DNA from: Candidatus Spongiisociaceae bacterium
Lineage (GTDB): Bacteria; Actinomycetota; Acidimicrobiia; Spongiisociales; Spongiisociaceae
DNA: 64,000 nt
Assembly: GCA_965202665.1 (NCBI GenBank)
Contig: OZ241841.1
Span: forward strand, 864,001-928,000
Reading direction: 5' to 3'
Shown: piece by piece, positions 45,672 to 55,007 of the stretch
Layout of the letters: the number at the start of each line of letters is the position of its first letter
Numbering within the stretch: the first letter of the stretch is position 1
Notes under the pieces: model-generated
The model's input: only the letters and a program-made list of their open reading frames with translations
The model's database searches: none
What the model was told of the DNA's origin: nothing
Program-made: the position numbers and the translations under genes

Positions 45672-45718
45672 CTTTTTGCTATTATATACAGGTCTGTGTG
45701 ACAAACCGGGTTGGGCGG

Positions 45719-47080
45719 TCAGGCGAGGGCTTGGGTTATTTGGGCGGCTAGGCGGGCGGCGGTCTCTTCGGCGGATTGCAGGGTGGGGGCTTCCACCATC
45801 ACCCTTATTACCGGTTCGGTGCCGGAGGCCCGCACCAGCACCCGGCCCCGGTCGCCCAACTCGGCTTCGGCGGTCGCCGTCGCCTCCCGCACCTCCTCCG
45901 ACTCCTCCAAATCCTCCCGGCGCCTCACTTGCACATTGCGCAACACTTGCGGAAACTCGGTGATGGCCCGCTGGCGCAGCTCCCGCACCGTCAGCCCGGT
46001 TTCCGCCACCACCTCCAACAGCAACAACGCGGTCAGCAGGCCGTCTCCGGTGCGGGCCCGCTCCAGGAAAATAACATGGCCGGACTGCTCCCCGCCCAGC
46101 GCCGCCCCGCTCCGCACCATCTCCTCCAACACGTAGCGGTCCCCTACCCGGGTCTCTATCATCTCAATGCCGGCCTCCCGCATGGCCAGGCGGAAACCCA
46201 GGTTGGACATCACGGTGGCCACCACTAGCCCGCCGGGCAGTCGGCCCCGGCTGTGCAGATGACGGGCGATGACGGCCATCACCACATCCCCGTTGGCCGT
46301 CCGGCCGTCCTCGTCCACCACGAACAGGCGGTCGGCGTCCCCGTCGAAAGCCAGGCCGATCCGGCCCCCGGCCAACCCGGCCAAAGCGCCGGGGGAGGTA
46401 GCCCCGCACTCCAAGTTGATGTTCATCCCGTCCGGGGCCGCGTAATGGACCTCCACATTGGCCCCCAAAGAGGAAAACAGGTCGGGGGCGGCCCGGGAAG
46501 CGGCCCCGTTGGCGCAATCCAAAGCCAGCGGCATCCCCTCCAACGAAACGTCGGAGCGGTTGCGGACGATGTCCAAATAACGGTCCAGCGGATCCGGGGC
46601 CGGGCGGGGCGCTCCCACCCCCTCCCCCACCGGGGCGGCCCACGGCGGCCCCTCCCGCAAACGGTTTTCTATCTCCTCTTCGGCCTCTTCGCTGAACTTG
46701 AAACCCTGGTCGGTGAAAAATTTTACCCCGTTGTCGGCGGCGGGATTGTGGGAGGCGGACACCATCACTCCCATGCCCGCCCGCCAGTCCCCCGTCAAAG
46801 CCGACACGCCCCCCACCGGAATCACCCCCGCATCCAACGTGTCCACCCCCACCGAATGAAAACCGGCCCGCAGGGCGGAAGCCAGCATTTCCCCGGAACG
46901 GCGGGTGTCCCGGCCGATCACCGCCGTCCCCCCCGCCAGCGGCTCCCCCGCCGCCCGGGCCAGTCCCAAAGCCAGATCCGCATCCAGTTCGCGGTTGGCC
47001 AGCCCGCGTACCCCGTCGGTTCCGAACAAACGCCGCGGCGCGGGAACATCGGCGGGGGCCGCCTTGCCCGCCCCTGCCAA
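45719..47080 (-). CDS. glmM: Phosphoglucosamine mutase
   Basis: LFGTDGVRG, SASHNP, FDGDADR, GGEQSGH, RASGTEP. Confidence 0.96.
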   Translation of the reverse strand: MAGAGKAAPADVPAPRRLFGTDGVRGLANRELDADLALGLARAAGEPLAGGTAVIGRDTRRSGEMLASALRAGFHSVGVDTLDAGVIPVGGVSALTGDWRAGMGVMVSASHNPAADNGVKFFTDQGFKFSEEAEEEIENRLREGPPWAAPVGEGVGAPRPAPDPLDRYLDIVRNRSDVSLEGMPLALDCANGAASRAAPDLFSSLGANVEVHYAAPDGMNINLECGATSPGALAGLAGGRIGLAFDGDADRLFVVDEDGRTANGDVVMAVIARHLHSRGRLPGGLVVATVMSNLGFRLAMREAGIEMIETRVGDRYVLEEMVRSGAALGGEQSGHVIFLERARTGDGLLTALLLLEVVAETGLTVRELRQRAITEFPQVLRNVQVRRREDLEESEEVREATATAEAELGDRGRVLVRASGTEPVIRVMVEAPTLQSAEETAARLAAQITQALA

Positions 47081-47112
47081 CGCCGCCGCCCGGCCCGAAA
47101 CCGGAACCCGCC

Positions 47113-47505
47113 TTAACGTTTGGTGTACTGGGGGGCCCGGCGGGCTTTGCGCAAGCCGTACTTTTTGCGTTCCACCACCCGGGCGTCCCGGGTCAGCAAA
47201 CCGGCTTTTTTTAGATCGGGGCGCAAATCGGGGTCAACTTCCAAGAGCCCCCGGGAAATCCCCAAACGTAGGGCGTCCGCCTGGCCGCTGATGCCGCCGC
47301 CGGACAGGGTGGCCACCACGTCGAATCGATTTTCCGCCCCCGCCACCCGAAACGGCTCCATCACCCGCCGCTGGTGGGCGATAGTCGGAAAATAATCGGA
47401 GAAGGAACGGCCGTTGAGGGTGACGGCGCCGGTTCCGTTGTAGAGGCGCACCCGGGCCACCGACTCTTTGCGGCGGCCGGTGGCCAGCGCAACCGGATCA
47501 GCCAT
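47113..47505 (-). CDS. rpsI: 30S ribosomal protein S9
   Basis: [38 protein letters not shown]. Confidence 0.97.
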   Translation of the reverse strand: MADPVALATGRRKESVARVRLYNGTGAVTLNGRSFSDYFPTIAHQRRVMEPFRVAGAENRFDVVATLSGGGISGQADALRLGISRGLLEVDPDLRPDLKKAGLLTRDARVVERKKYGLRKARRAPQYTKR

Positions 47506-47974
47506 TGTCCACCGCCCCGGCCCCCGTCGCCCGGATGTCAAACTGCAAAACCTCGGGGCGCTGAGCGGCATGCGGATGGTCCGGCCCGGCGTACACCCGC
47601 AACTTGCGGATCATCTGACGGCCCAGGCGGTTATGGGGAAGCATCCCCCGCACCGCCCGCTCAATCACCGCCTGCGGGCGGCGGACGATGAGGCTGGCGA
47701 AGGATTCCTCCTTCAACCCGCCCGGATAACCGGAATGCCGGTAATAAATCTTGTCCTGGCTTTTACGGGAGGTGACCGCCACCTGTTCGGCGTTGACCAC
47801 GATCACATGATCGCCGCCATCCACATGCGGGGCGTAAGAAGGCTTGTGCTTGCCCCGCAAAACCTGGGCGATGCGGGAAGCGAGGCGGCCCAGCGGAACC
47901 CCGGCCGCGTCCACCACGAACCAGCTGCGTTCAATGTCGCCGGGCCGGGGCGAATATGTGGTGTTTCTGCGCAT
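47498..47974 (-). CDS. rplM: 50S ribosomal protein L13
   Basis: [32 protein letters not shown]. Confidence 0.97.
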   Translation of the reverse strand: MRRNTTYSPRPGDIERSWFVVDAAGVPLGRLASRIAQVLRGKHKPSYAPHVDGGDHVIVVNAEQVAVTSRKSQDKIYYRHSGYPGGLKEESFASLIVRRPQAVIERAVRGMLPHNRLGRQMIRKLRVYAGPDHPHAAQRPEVLQFDIRATGAGAVDNG

Positions 47975-48103
47975 GGTTTTCCTTGGCTCTAATGAGTCGC
48001 CGATGGGATTGGGCCGCCGAACAATGACCGACGGGTCCGCGGCCGCCCTGTTGATAATAGCGGGTCCGGATGCATTCGCCAAACCGCGGGGACAAATCCT
48101 ATA

Positions 48104-51100
48104 TCAGCGGTCCAGGGAGGTGATCCGGCCGCCGAAACGATCCACTCCCACGATCTTGCCGTCCCCGGCGAAGGAGCCGAAGCGCCCGAAGCCCCGGTTG
48201 GGAGAGTCGCCGATGTACTCCCGGTCCACCGAATAGGTATTGGCGTCCGCCGCTTTCTTGAACAGCGCCAGCGAGCCGCGCAGGTCGTTCCCCGGGCGCA
48301 GATAACGGCCCGTTAGCACCTCGCTGCCGTCGGTGTTGATGTCAACCCATTCGGCGAAGTGCTGGCCCCCGCCCTCCTCGGATGGGAAAGAACCGGCCGG
48401 GACGGTGGCACCGCTCAAAAGCCCGTCCATGGTTAACGTGGCGTAACCGGTGGAAGCGGCCGCCCAAGTGCCGGAGTCGGGCTGGGTGAAGACGTAAATG
48501 ACTTCCCGTTGATTGTCGACCGAGTTTGAGATGCGGTCGGCGCCCGGCACGGCGATAACTTTGCCGTCTCCGGAAACTTTCACCCCGTTGCCGAGCCGGC
48601 GCGCGCCGGTCAGCACATCATCGCCGGACACCTCCAGCAAAACGGTGGCGGTGAGGGCGGTTGTATCCCAACCGGTGGACGCGGCCTGGGCGACCAAAAC
48701 TCCCCCCGCCTCGGAGGAAGATCCGGTGGCGCCGCAAACTATGACCGTACCCTCATCGGAAATGGAGACCCCCCGGGATCCGGAGACCGCGTCCCGGCAA
48801 TCCACCGTGGCGTCGGGCTCGGCGGAGTCGGTCCATCCGCCGGAGGGCTTGACGAACACCTTGCCGTCTCCCGTCCGGGTATCAGCCGCGGCCAAACCGA
48901 CGATGACGCCCCCGTCGCCGGAAACGTCCACGCTGGAGCCAAAATCACGGGGGGCGCTGGACGAACCCGTCTGCCCGGGACCGGCGTCGGCGTCGGTCAA
49001 AACGGCGACCCTGGAGTAGGTGTCGCCGGAGCGGGTGTATACATACACCTTGCCGTTGCCGGCCACGCCGTCCACCTCGGCGCCCGGGTCGCCGACCGCG
49101 ATAACGGAACCATCGTCGCTGATCGCCGCATCGTAACCAAACTTGCCCGCCCCGTCCTCGGTCAACTTCTGGGGCTCGGCGTCGCCGGGCCCGTCAAAGA
49201 CCCAAACCGCATTGGCGCCTCCATCCCCCATCACTATCACGCCGCCGTCGGAAGCGTCTACCGCCGCCTCGTAGCCCATCCCGTCGACGATGTCGGCGGA
49301 GGGGGTGGTGGACCTTCTTTGCAGGGTGATCTTGCTGACGCCGTCCGCCCGCGACGCGTAGGAGCCCACCAAAACGTGGGTGGGCGGGGAGGCGTCATCG
49401 GCGCGGCCCAGTTGTTTTTCGAAGTCGGAGAACATATCCGGCCCCTCCAAGCTGAGCAGCTGGTCGTTGCGGTCGTACTTGACCAGCAACGGCAAGGGGC
49501 CGCCGTAACCGTTAATCAAAATTTGGCCGTTGTCGGGATCCGCTTCCACGATGCGTCCGAAAACCGGCCCGTCGGCTTCCTCGGCCCAGTACTGATAGAC
49601 GCGCTCGCTGGCCAAGGAGATGGCGTCGTCGCCGGAAAGCCCGTTGTCATAGGTGGCCCACAACATCTCCACGCCGCCGTCGGCGCGGTCCCGGTCGTAG
49701 GAGAAGCGCGCAACGCCGGCGCTGTTGGTGGTGCGCCGGTTGTTCCTGGGTTCGCCCGTCCAACAATCATCGAAATGCCCATCCGGCAGGACTTTGCTGT
49801 CGTCCTTGTCGCTGGGAACGGCGCAGTCGCCGGCCAGACTCAACGCAACCGCGCCGCCCGCCGTCTCGCCGCTGGGCAGGGGAAGGGCGCCCAAGCCATG
49901 GGGATCATCGGAGCGGAACTGGATCGTAGCCCCCCGCACCCCTGCGCCGTACTGGTCGGTGACGGTGGCCACCAGCCGGCTGGTGGCGCCCCCGCCCTCA
50001 TCCGAAGCCATTATGAACGAGGCCGTGTTTTCGAGTTGCAACGTGGAAGCCTTGGCCTGCGCCTCCGACCACCGGGCTATGAACTTGCCCGCATCCGGGT
50101 CGGCGATCATATCCTGGCCGTCGGCGGGGTCGGTATCCTCCGGATCCGGGATCATCGCATCCGCGGCAACCATCTTGTTGGTAGCTTTATCGGTCACCGT
50201 CCATCCGCCTTCGGGAGCGCTGTTGCCGGTGACCGCGCCGAAGCCCAGAGTCACTTTGGCCGTCTCGTTGGGGGCGGAAGTGCCCACCTGGGTGAAGGTC
50301 AACTCCACCTTGCCGTCCTCGTCCGTGGTGTAAATCAGTCCGCTGGCGGAGGAGCCTCCGTCGACGCCGGTGATCGTGACCGAGATATTCACCTTGTAAC
50401 CGCTCTCCGCCACCGGGTCGTCGTCCTCATCGGACATCTGCAGGGTGAAGGTAACCGAATCGCCGAGCCCGATCATCGACTGGTTGTCCCGCAGGTTGTC
50501 GGTCAAAATGGCTTTGACGGCCGGCTTGGCGTAACTAATGGAAACCATGGCGGCCGCAGTGTCTTCGCTGTCGAACGCGGCGCCGACATCGCCGGTCCAG
50601 GCCCACACCGTACGGCTGGCCTCCTTCAGTTCTATGAGCAACCCGGTCACATCCCCGGAAGCCCCGGTTCTCAGATCTCCGAAGTCGATCTCGCACGTGT
50701 CAGGACCGCCTCCGCTGGCCGCCTCCGGCGAGCCGTCGCCGCGGGTGGCGCAGGTTCCGTCCCCGTCGAAGGCGCCGTCGGGGTCGGTGGAGCTGAACGC
50801 GTCGATCTTCCGGGAGGCCAGGGGCTGGAAGGAGGCGTCCCGCAAGGAAACAACCAGGTTGGCGTTTTGCTGGCCCAGTTCCACTTTGTCCACCTGAATG
50901 GAGACGCCGGCCGGGCGGGCTACGGTGTGCGCCAAGGCCCGGGTGATGAAAGAGGCCATCTGCGCCCGGGTAACCAGGCCGTCCGGTCCGAACTCGTGGT
51001 CGCCGAATCCTTCGGCCACTCCCATCTCATAAATGCGGCCAATGGCGTTGTGCGCGCCCACCGCCACTCCGCCGATGTCGGTGAATATGCGGCCGATGTT

Positions 51101-51682
51101 CGGACTAGCGATGTCGTTGTATTTCTCGTTGTTGAAGGCCCCGGGGCCCGGCGTGGCGTTGGACAGGAAAGCGTCCAGCAGGGCGGCCATGGAAGCGCGG
51201 GTAACCGCGGAGTTGGGGGCGAACGAGGTATCGGTAACGCCGGGCATTATTCCCGCCGCCGCCAAGCCGTTCACCGCGTTGCGGGCCGACTCGGACAAAC
51301 CGCCTATATCGGTAAATCCCTGGTCTTCGGCCGGGTTGGCCAACACGATCCCCGCCGGGCCCGCCGCCCGGGCCATAAACAGGGCCATCTGCCACCGGCT
51401 CACCGTCTCCCGCGGCGCGAATGAAACGGCGGTGCGTCCCTGCGTTACGCCGTAATGGGCCAAGCAGTTGATGGCGTCCTCGGATCTCAGGCCCGCCGCG
51501 TCTTCGAACCCGGCGGAGTCGAGCGCCGCCCCCACGCAAGCCGAATACACGGCCCGGTTGTCGGGTTCTTCGCTGTCGGGATGGGAACCCGACGCCCGGT
51601 CCGCCCCCGCTCCCAGCAAGCCGGCTACCAAACCCAACAACACCAGAGCCTCCAACCAACCTTTGCGCGCCTTCACAGCCAT
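48104..51682 (-). CDS. S-layer homology (SLH) domain surface protein with Ig-like middle and FG-GAP-like beta-propeller C-terminus
   Basis: Signal peptide; three SLH-like repeats (FAPRETVSRWQMA, FAPNSAVTRASMA, FGPDGLVTRAQMA); repeated FG.SVDVSGDG blades. Confidence 0.82.
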   Translation of the reverse strand: MAVKARKGWLEALVLLGLVAGLLGAGADRASGSHPDSEEPDNRAVYSACVGAALDSAGFEDAAGLRSEDAINCLAHYGVTQGRTAVSFAPRETVSRWQMALFMARAAGPAGIVLANPAEDQGFTDIGGLSESARNAVNGLAAAGIMPGVTDTSFAPNSAVTRASMAALLDAFLSNATPGPGAFNNEKYNDIASPNIGRIFTDIGGVAVGAHNAIGRIYEMGVAEGFGDHEFGPDGLVTRAQMASFITRALAHTVARPAGVSIQVDKVELGQQNANLVVSLRDASFQPLASRKIDAFSSTDPDGAFDGDGTCATRGDGSPEAASGGGPDTCEIDFGDLRTGASGDVTGLLIELKEASRTVWAWTGDVGAAFDSEDTAAAMVSISYAKPAVKAILTDNLRDNQSMIGLGDSVTFTLQMSDEDDDPVAESGYKVNISVTITGVDGGSSASGLIYTTDEDGKVELTFTQVGTSAPNETAKVTLGFGAVTGNSAPEGGWTVTDKATNKMVAADAMIPDPEDTDPADGQDMIADPDAGKFIARWSEAQAKASTLQLENTASFIMASDEGGGATSRLVATVTDQYGAGVRGATIQFRSDDPHGLGALPLPSGETAGGAVALSLAGDCAVPSDKDDSKVLPDGHFDDCWTGEPRNNRRTTNSAGVARFSYDRDRADGGVEMLWATYDNGLSGDDAISLASERVYQYWAEEADGPVFGRIVEADPDNGQILINGYGGPLPLLVKYDRNDQLLSLEGPDMFSDFEKQLGRADDASPPTHVLVGSYASRADGVSKITLQRRSTTPSADIVDGMGYEAAVDASDGGVIVMGDGGANAVWVFDGPGDAEPQKLTEDGAGKFGYDAAISDDGSVIAVGDPGAEVDGVAGNGKVYVYTRSGDTYSRVAVLTDADAGPGQTGSSSAPRDFGSSVDVSGDGGVIVGLAAADTRTGDGKVFVKPSGGWTDSAEPDATVDCRDAVSGSRGVSISDEGTVIVCGATGSSSEAGGVLVAQAASTGWDTTALTATVLLEVSGDDVLTGARRLGNGVKVSGDGKVIAVPGADRISNSVDNQREVIYVFTQPDSGTWAAASTGYATLTMDGLLSGATVPAGSFPSEEGGGQHFAEWVDINTDGSEVLTGRYLRPGNDLRGSLALFKKAADANTYSVDREYIGDSPNRGFGRFGSFAGDGKIVGVDRFGGRITSLDR

Positions 51683-52004
51683 GTTGATCCTTTGTTCCCT
51701 CTTTCCAGATTCCGACCGGGGTGGACTCTCTCCGGAGCGGGCGCTCCGTCAAATCTTCCGAAACCGGGCATCAGCCCATGCCGGCTAATGTTACCCCGCC
51801 TCTTTTCCGTGTCAAAATATCGCCGACGGCGCGTCGCCGGGCGGCGGGTTGCCGTTGTCAGAAGCGAAAGCGGTTGGCGGGCCGTCATCGGTGGGCGCCG
51901 GGGCGGGCCGGCGGGGGGATTCTCCCGGTGAGCCGGGTTACAATCAGGCGGGCGCGGCGACGAACCGCCGTCCGCGAACAGCGACCGGGAGGGGTTTTTT
52001 GGCT

Positions 52005-52793
52005 TTGGCGATACCCGATATTTCCCGCAACCTGTTCGATCTGAACGGGTACTGCAGCATCGTCACCGGGGCCGGGCGGGGCATCGGTTTGGCTTTGGCG
52101 CGGGGTTTGGCCCGCTACGGCTCCGACTTGGCGCTGGCGGATGTGAACCGGGACGACCTGGCCGCGGCCTGCGCGGAGATGGAAGAGCTCGGCTCGCGGA
52201 CGACGGCCGTGCATGTCGACGTAACCGACTCCGACGCCCCCGACCGGATAACCGCCGCCGCCTTGGAACTGGGAGGCCGCATCGATGTGCTGATCAACAA
52301 CGCCGGAATAATGGGATACTCCACCATGCTGGACGTCACCGACGAGCAGTGGGACCGAATGTACGGAATCAACCTGCGGGCCCCCATGCGGATTATGAGG
52401 GCGGCGCTGGCGGTGATGACCGAGGCCGGCCGGGGCTCCGTGATCAACATCGGCAGCTCTTGGTCTTCCCGGGCCTCGGTGTTCAACCAGGACGGAGGCG
52501 GGGTGGACTACTGCTCGGCCAAGGCGGCCCTGCAGGCGCTGAGCCGGGCCGCCGCCCAGGATGTCGCCCCCCGCGGCGTGCGGGTGAACGCCATCGCCCC
52601 CGGCGCGGTGGACACCCCCATGCACGCCCATCACCGCGACTACCTGTACGAATATGAACGTTACATCCCGCTGGGCCGCATGCAAAGGGCCGAAGATCTG
52701 GTCGGCCCGGCGGTGTTCCTGGCCTCCGACGCCTCCGCTTTCATCACCGGCCAGACTATTCACGTCAACGGCGGCCTGATAATGGTGGATTAG
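52005..52793 (+). CDS. Short-chain dehydrogenase/reductase
   Basis: TGAGRGIG, NNAG, YCSAK; likely TTG start 52005. Confidence 0.9.
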   Translation: MAIPDISRNLFDLNGYCSIVTGAGRGIGLALARGLARYGSDLALADVNRDDLAAACAEMEELGSRTTAVHVDVTDSDAPDRITAAALELGGRIDVLINNAGIMGYSTMLDVTDEQWDRMYGINLRAPMRIMRAALAVMTEAGRGSVINIGSSWSSRASVFNQDGGGVDYCSAKAALQALSRAAAQDVAPRGVRVNAIAPGAVDTPMHAHHRDYLYEYERYIPLGRMQRAEDLVGPAVFLASDASAFITGQTIHVNGGLIMVD

Positions 52794-52841
52794 CCCCGCC
52801 GCCCCCGAAGCGCCCGCTTCCCGGAGAAAGGATCGCCCACA

Positions 52842-53684
52842 ATGTTCACCCGCGCCCAAGTTCTGAAAAGACTGCACGATACGCTGGCCTCCGGCTCCCC
52901 GATTATCGGGGCCGGGGCGGGCGCCGGCATCTCCGCCAAGTTCGCCGAAGCGGGCGGAGCGGACTTGATCCTCATCTACAATTCGGGGCGTTACCGGATG
53001 TCCGGGCACGGCTCCAACGCCGGGCTGATGCCCATCGGGGACGCCAACGCCATCGTCATGGAAATGGGGGAACGGGAGGTGTTGCCGGTGGTGGAAAACA
53101 CGCCGGTGATCGCCGGGGTGAACGGCACCGACCCCACCCGGGTGATGAGCCGGTTTTTGGGACAGGTGGAGGAAATGGGATTTTCGGGGGTGATCAACTT
53201 CCCGTCGGTGGGTTACATCGACGGGCGGTGGCGGCGCAGTTTGGAAGCGACCGGGTTCGGCTACGACAAGGAAGTGGAGATGATCCGGCTGGCCGCGGAG
53301 CGGGGGCTGTTCACTTTGGCCTACGTATACGAGACGCATGAAACCCCGGCCATGGCCGGGGCGGGAGCGGACGTGGTGGTGGCGCATATGGGACTAACCA
53401 CCGGGGGCTCCATCGGCGCCGACCTGTCTTTCACCAAAACTTTGGACGAATGCGCCGCGCAGGCGGCCGCCACTCGGGAGGCGGCGCAGGCCGTCAACCC
53501 GGAGGCGCTGGTGGTGCTGCACGGCGGGCCCCTGGAGACACCGGAGCAGGCGGAACAGGTGATGCGGGAGTCGGGATGCTACGGGTTCATCGGGGCCACC
53601 ACCATGGAACGGTTGCCGGTGGAAATCGCTATTTCGGGCACGGTGCGGGCTTTCAAAGACATACGCGTTCCCGCCTCCGGGTAG
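52842..53684 (+). CDS. Phosphoenolpyruvate hydrolase-like TIM-barrel protein (TIM-barrel signal transduction family)
   Basis: GAGAGISAK...DLILIYNSGRYRM...DAN, NFPSVG, HMGLTTGG, HGGP, MERLP. Confidence 0.85.
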   Translation: MFTRAQVLKRLHDTLASGSPIIGAGAGAGISAKFAEAGGADLILIYNSGRYRMSGHGSNAGLMPIGDANAIVMEMGEREVLPVVENTPVIAGVNGTDPTRVMSRFLGQVEEMGFSGVINFPSVGYIDGRWRRSLEATGFGYDKEVEMIRLAAERGLFTLAYVYETHETPAMAGAGADVVVAHMGLTTGGSIGADLSFTKTLDECAAQAAATREAAQAVNPEALVVLHGGPLETPEQAEQVMRESGCYGFIGATTMERLPVEIAISGTVRAFKDIRVPASG

Positions 53685-53719
53685 GAGCGGAAACGGACAG
53701 GGCGGCGGGAAGGTCGGGA

Positions 53720-54949
53720 ATGAGCCGGATAACGGTGGCGGGCGCCTTTGACACCAAGGCCGAACCGTTCCGGTTGCTGACGGAACGGCTGCGTTCCCTG
53801 GGGGAGCCGCCCATCACGATCGACGTCGGGGTTTTCAGCGGGGACGGGCCCGGGTGCGACTTTCCTGCGGAGGCCGTGGCGGAAGCGGCCGGCCGTTCCC
53901 TGGCCGAAGTACGGGAGGCGGGGCGGGCGGAGGCGGTTTCGGTTATGGCGGACGGGGCGGCGCGCATCTTCGGCGATCTGGTTGGGGAAAAACGGGCGGG
54001 GGGGCTGGTGTGCATGGGCGGCTCCAACGCGGCGGTGGCCTTCACCCGTCTGGCCGCGCAAGCCCCGATCGGGATGCCCAAAATTCTGATGGCCACGGTG
54101 GTGGCCGGGGAAACCCGTCCCCTGGCCGCCGCCGGGGATGTGATCCTGCTCTACCCGATCGTGGACATAGAAGGCGGCAACTACCTGTTGGCGGAAATGA
54201 TCGACCGTCTGGCCGGAGTGGCGGCCGCCGCGGTGCGCGCCGCCCGGGAGCGGGAGGAAAACGGGAACGGGCGGGAAGCGCGTTCCGGGCGAACGGCGGG
54301 GATGACCATGTACGGGGTGACCAACCGATGCGTGTCCCTTTGCCGGGGTTTGCTGGCGGAGCGGGGATGGGAATCTTTGGTGTTCCACGCCAACGGAACC
54401 GGAGGGCGGTCGCTGGAAACCTTCGCCGCCGGAGGGTTGGTGGGGGCGGTGCTGGACATCACCACCAGCGAGTTGGCGGACGAACTGTGCGGAGGATGGT
54501 GGCCGGCCGGCCCGGACCGCCTAACGGCCGCCGCCCGCCGCGGGGTGCCGCTGGCGGCGGCCCCGGGGGCGATGGACATGATCAACTTCGGCCCGTTGGA
54601 CACCGTACCCGCCCACCTGCGGGACCGCATCCTGCATCAACACAACGAACTGGTAACCCTGGTGCGCACCACGCCCGGGGAAAACTACCGTCTGGGGGCG
54701 GAAACGGCCCGGCGCCTGGGCGACCCGGCCGGTCCGGCGGCCATTTTGGTGCCCACCGGGGGGTTTTCCGCCCTGGACGTCGCCGGAGGGCCTTTCCACG
54801 ACCCGGAGGCTGTGGAAGCCTTCACGGAGGGGGTTCGGTCGGCGAAAGGGCCCGCCGTGTCGTTGCGGGAAGTGAACTGCCATATCAACGACCCCGGCTT
54901 TGCGCGGGCCATGATGGAAGAGGCCCTCCCCTCCCCGGCCTACGATTAG
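53720..54949 (+). CDS. Tm-1-like ATP-binding domain protein (UPF0261)
   Basis: GAFDTK, MTMYGVT, FHANGTGGR, DITTSE, PGAMDMINFG, HINDP. Confidence 0.85.
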   Translation: MSRITVAGAFDTKAEPFRLLTERLRSLGEPPITIDVGVFSGDGPGCDFPAEAVAEAAGRSLAEVREAGRAEAVSVMADGAARIFGDLVGEKRAGGLVCMGGSNAAVAFTRLAAQAPIGMPKILMATVVAGETRPLAAAGDVILLYPIVDIEGGNYLLAEMIDRLAGVAAAAVRAAREREENGNGREARSGRTAGMTMYGVTNRCVSLCRGLLAERGWESLVFHANGTGGRSLETFAAGGLVGAVLDITTSELADELCGGWWPAGPDRLTAAARRGVPLAAAPGAMDMINFGPLDTVPAHLRDRILHQHNELVTLVRTTPGENYRLGAETARRLGDPAGPAAILVPTGGFSALDVAGGPFHDPEAVEAFTEGVRSAKGPAVSLREVNCHINDPGFARAMMEEALPSPAYD

Positions 54950-55007
54950 CCTGCCATGGGAACCCCCGAACGGGGCGCCCGACGGGTCATTCAACAAGGA
55001 GCGACGG

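Noticed and set aside
47975-48100. Ribosomal L13 leader RNA upstream of rplM
   Set aside because: Plausible location but no structure I can support without a covariance model
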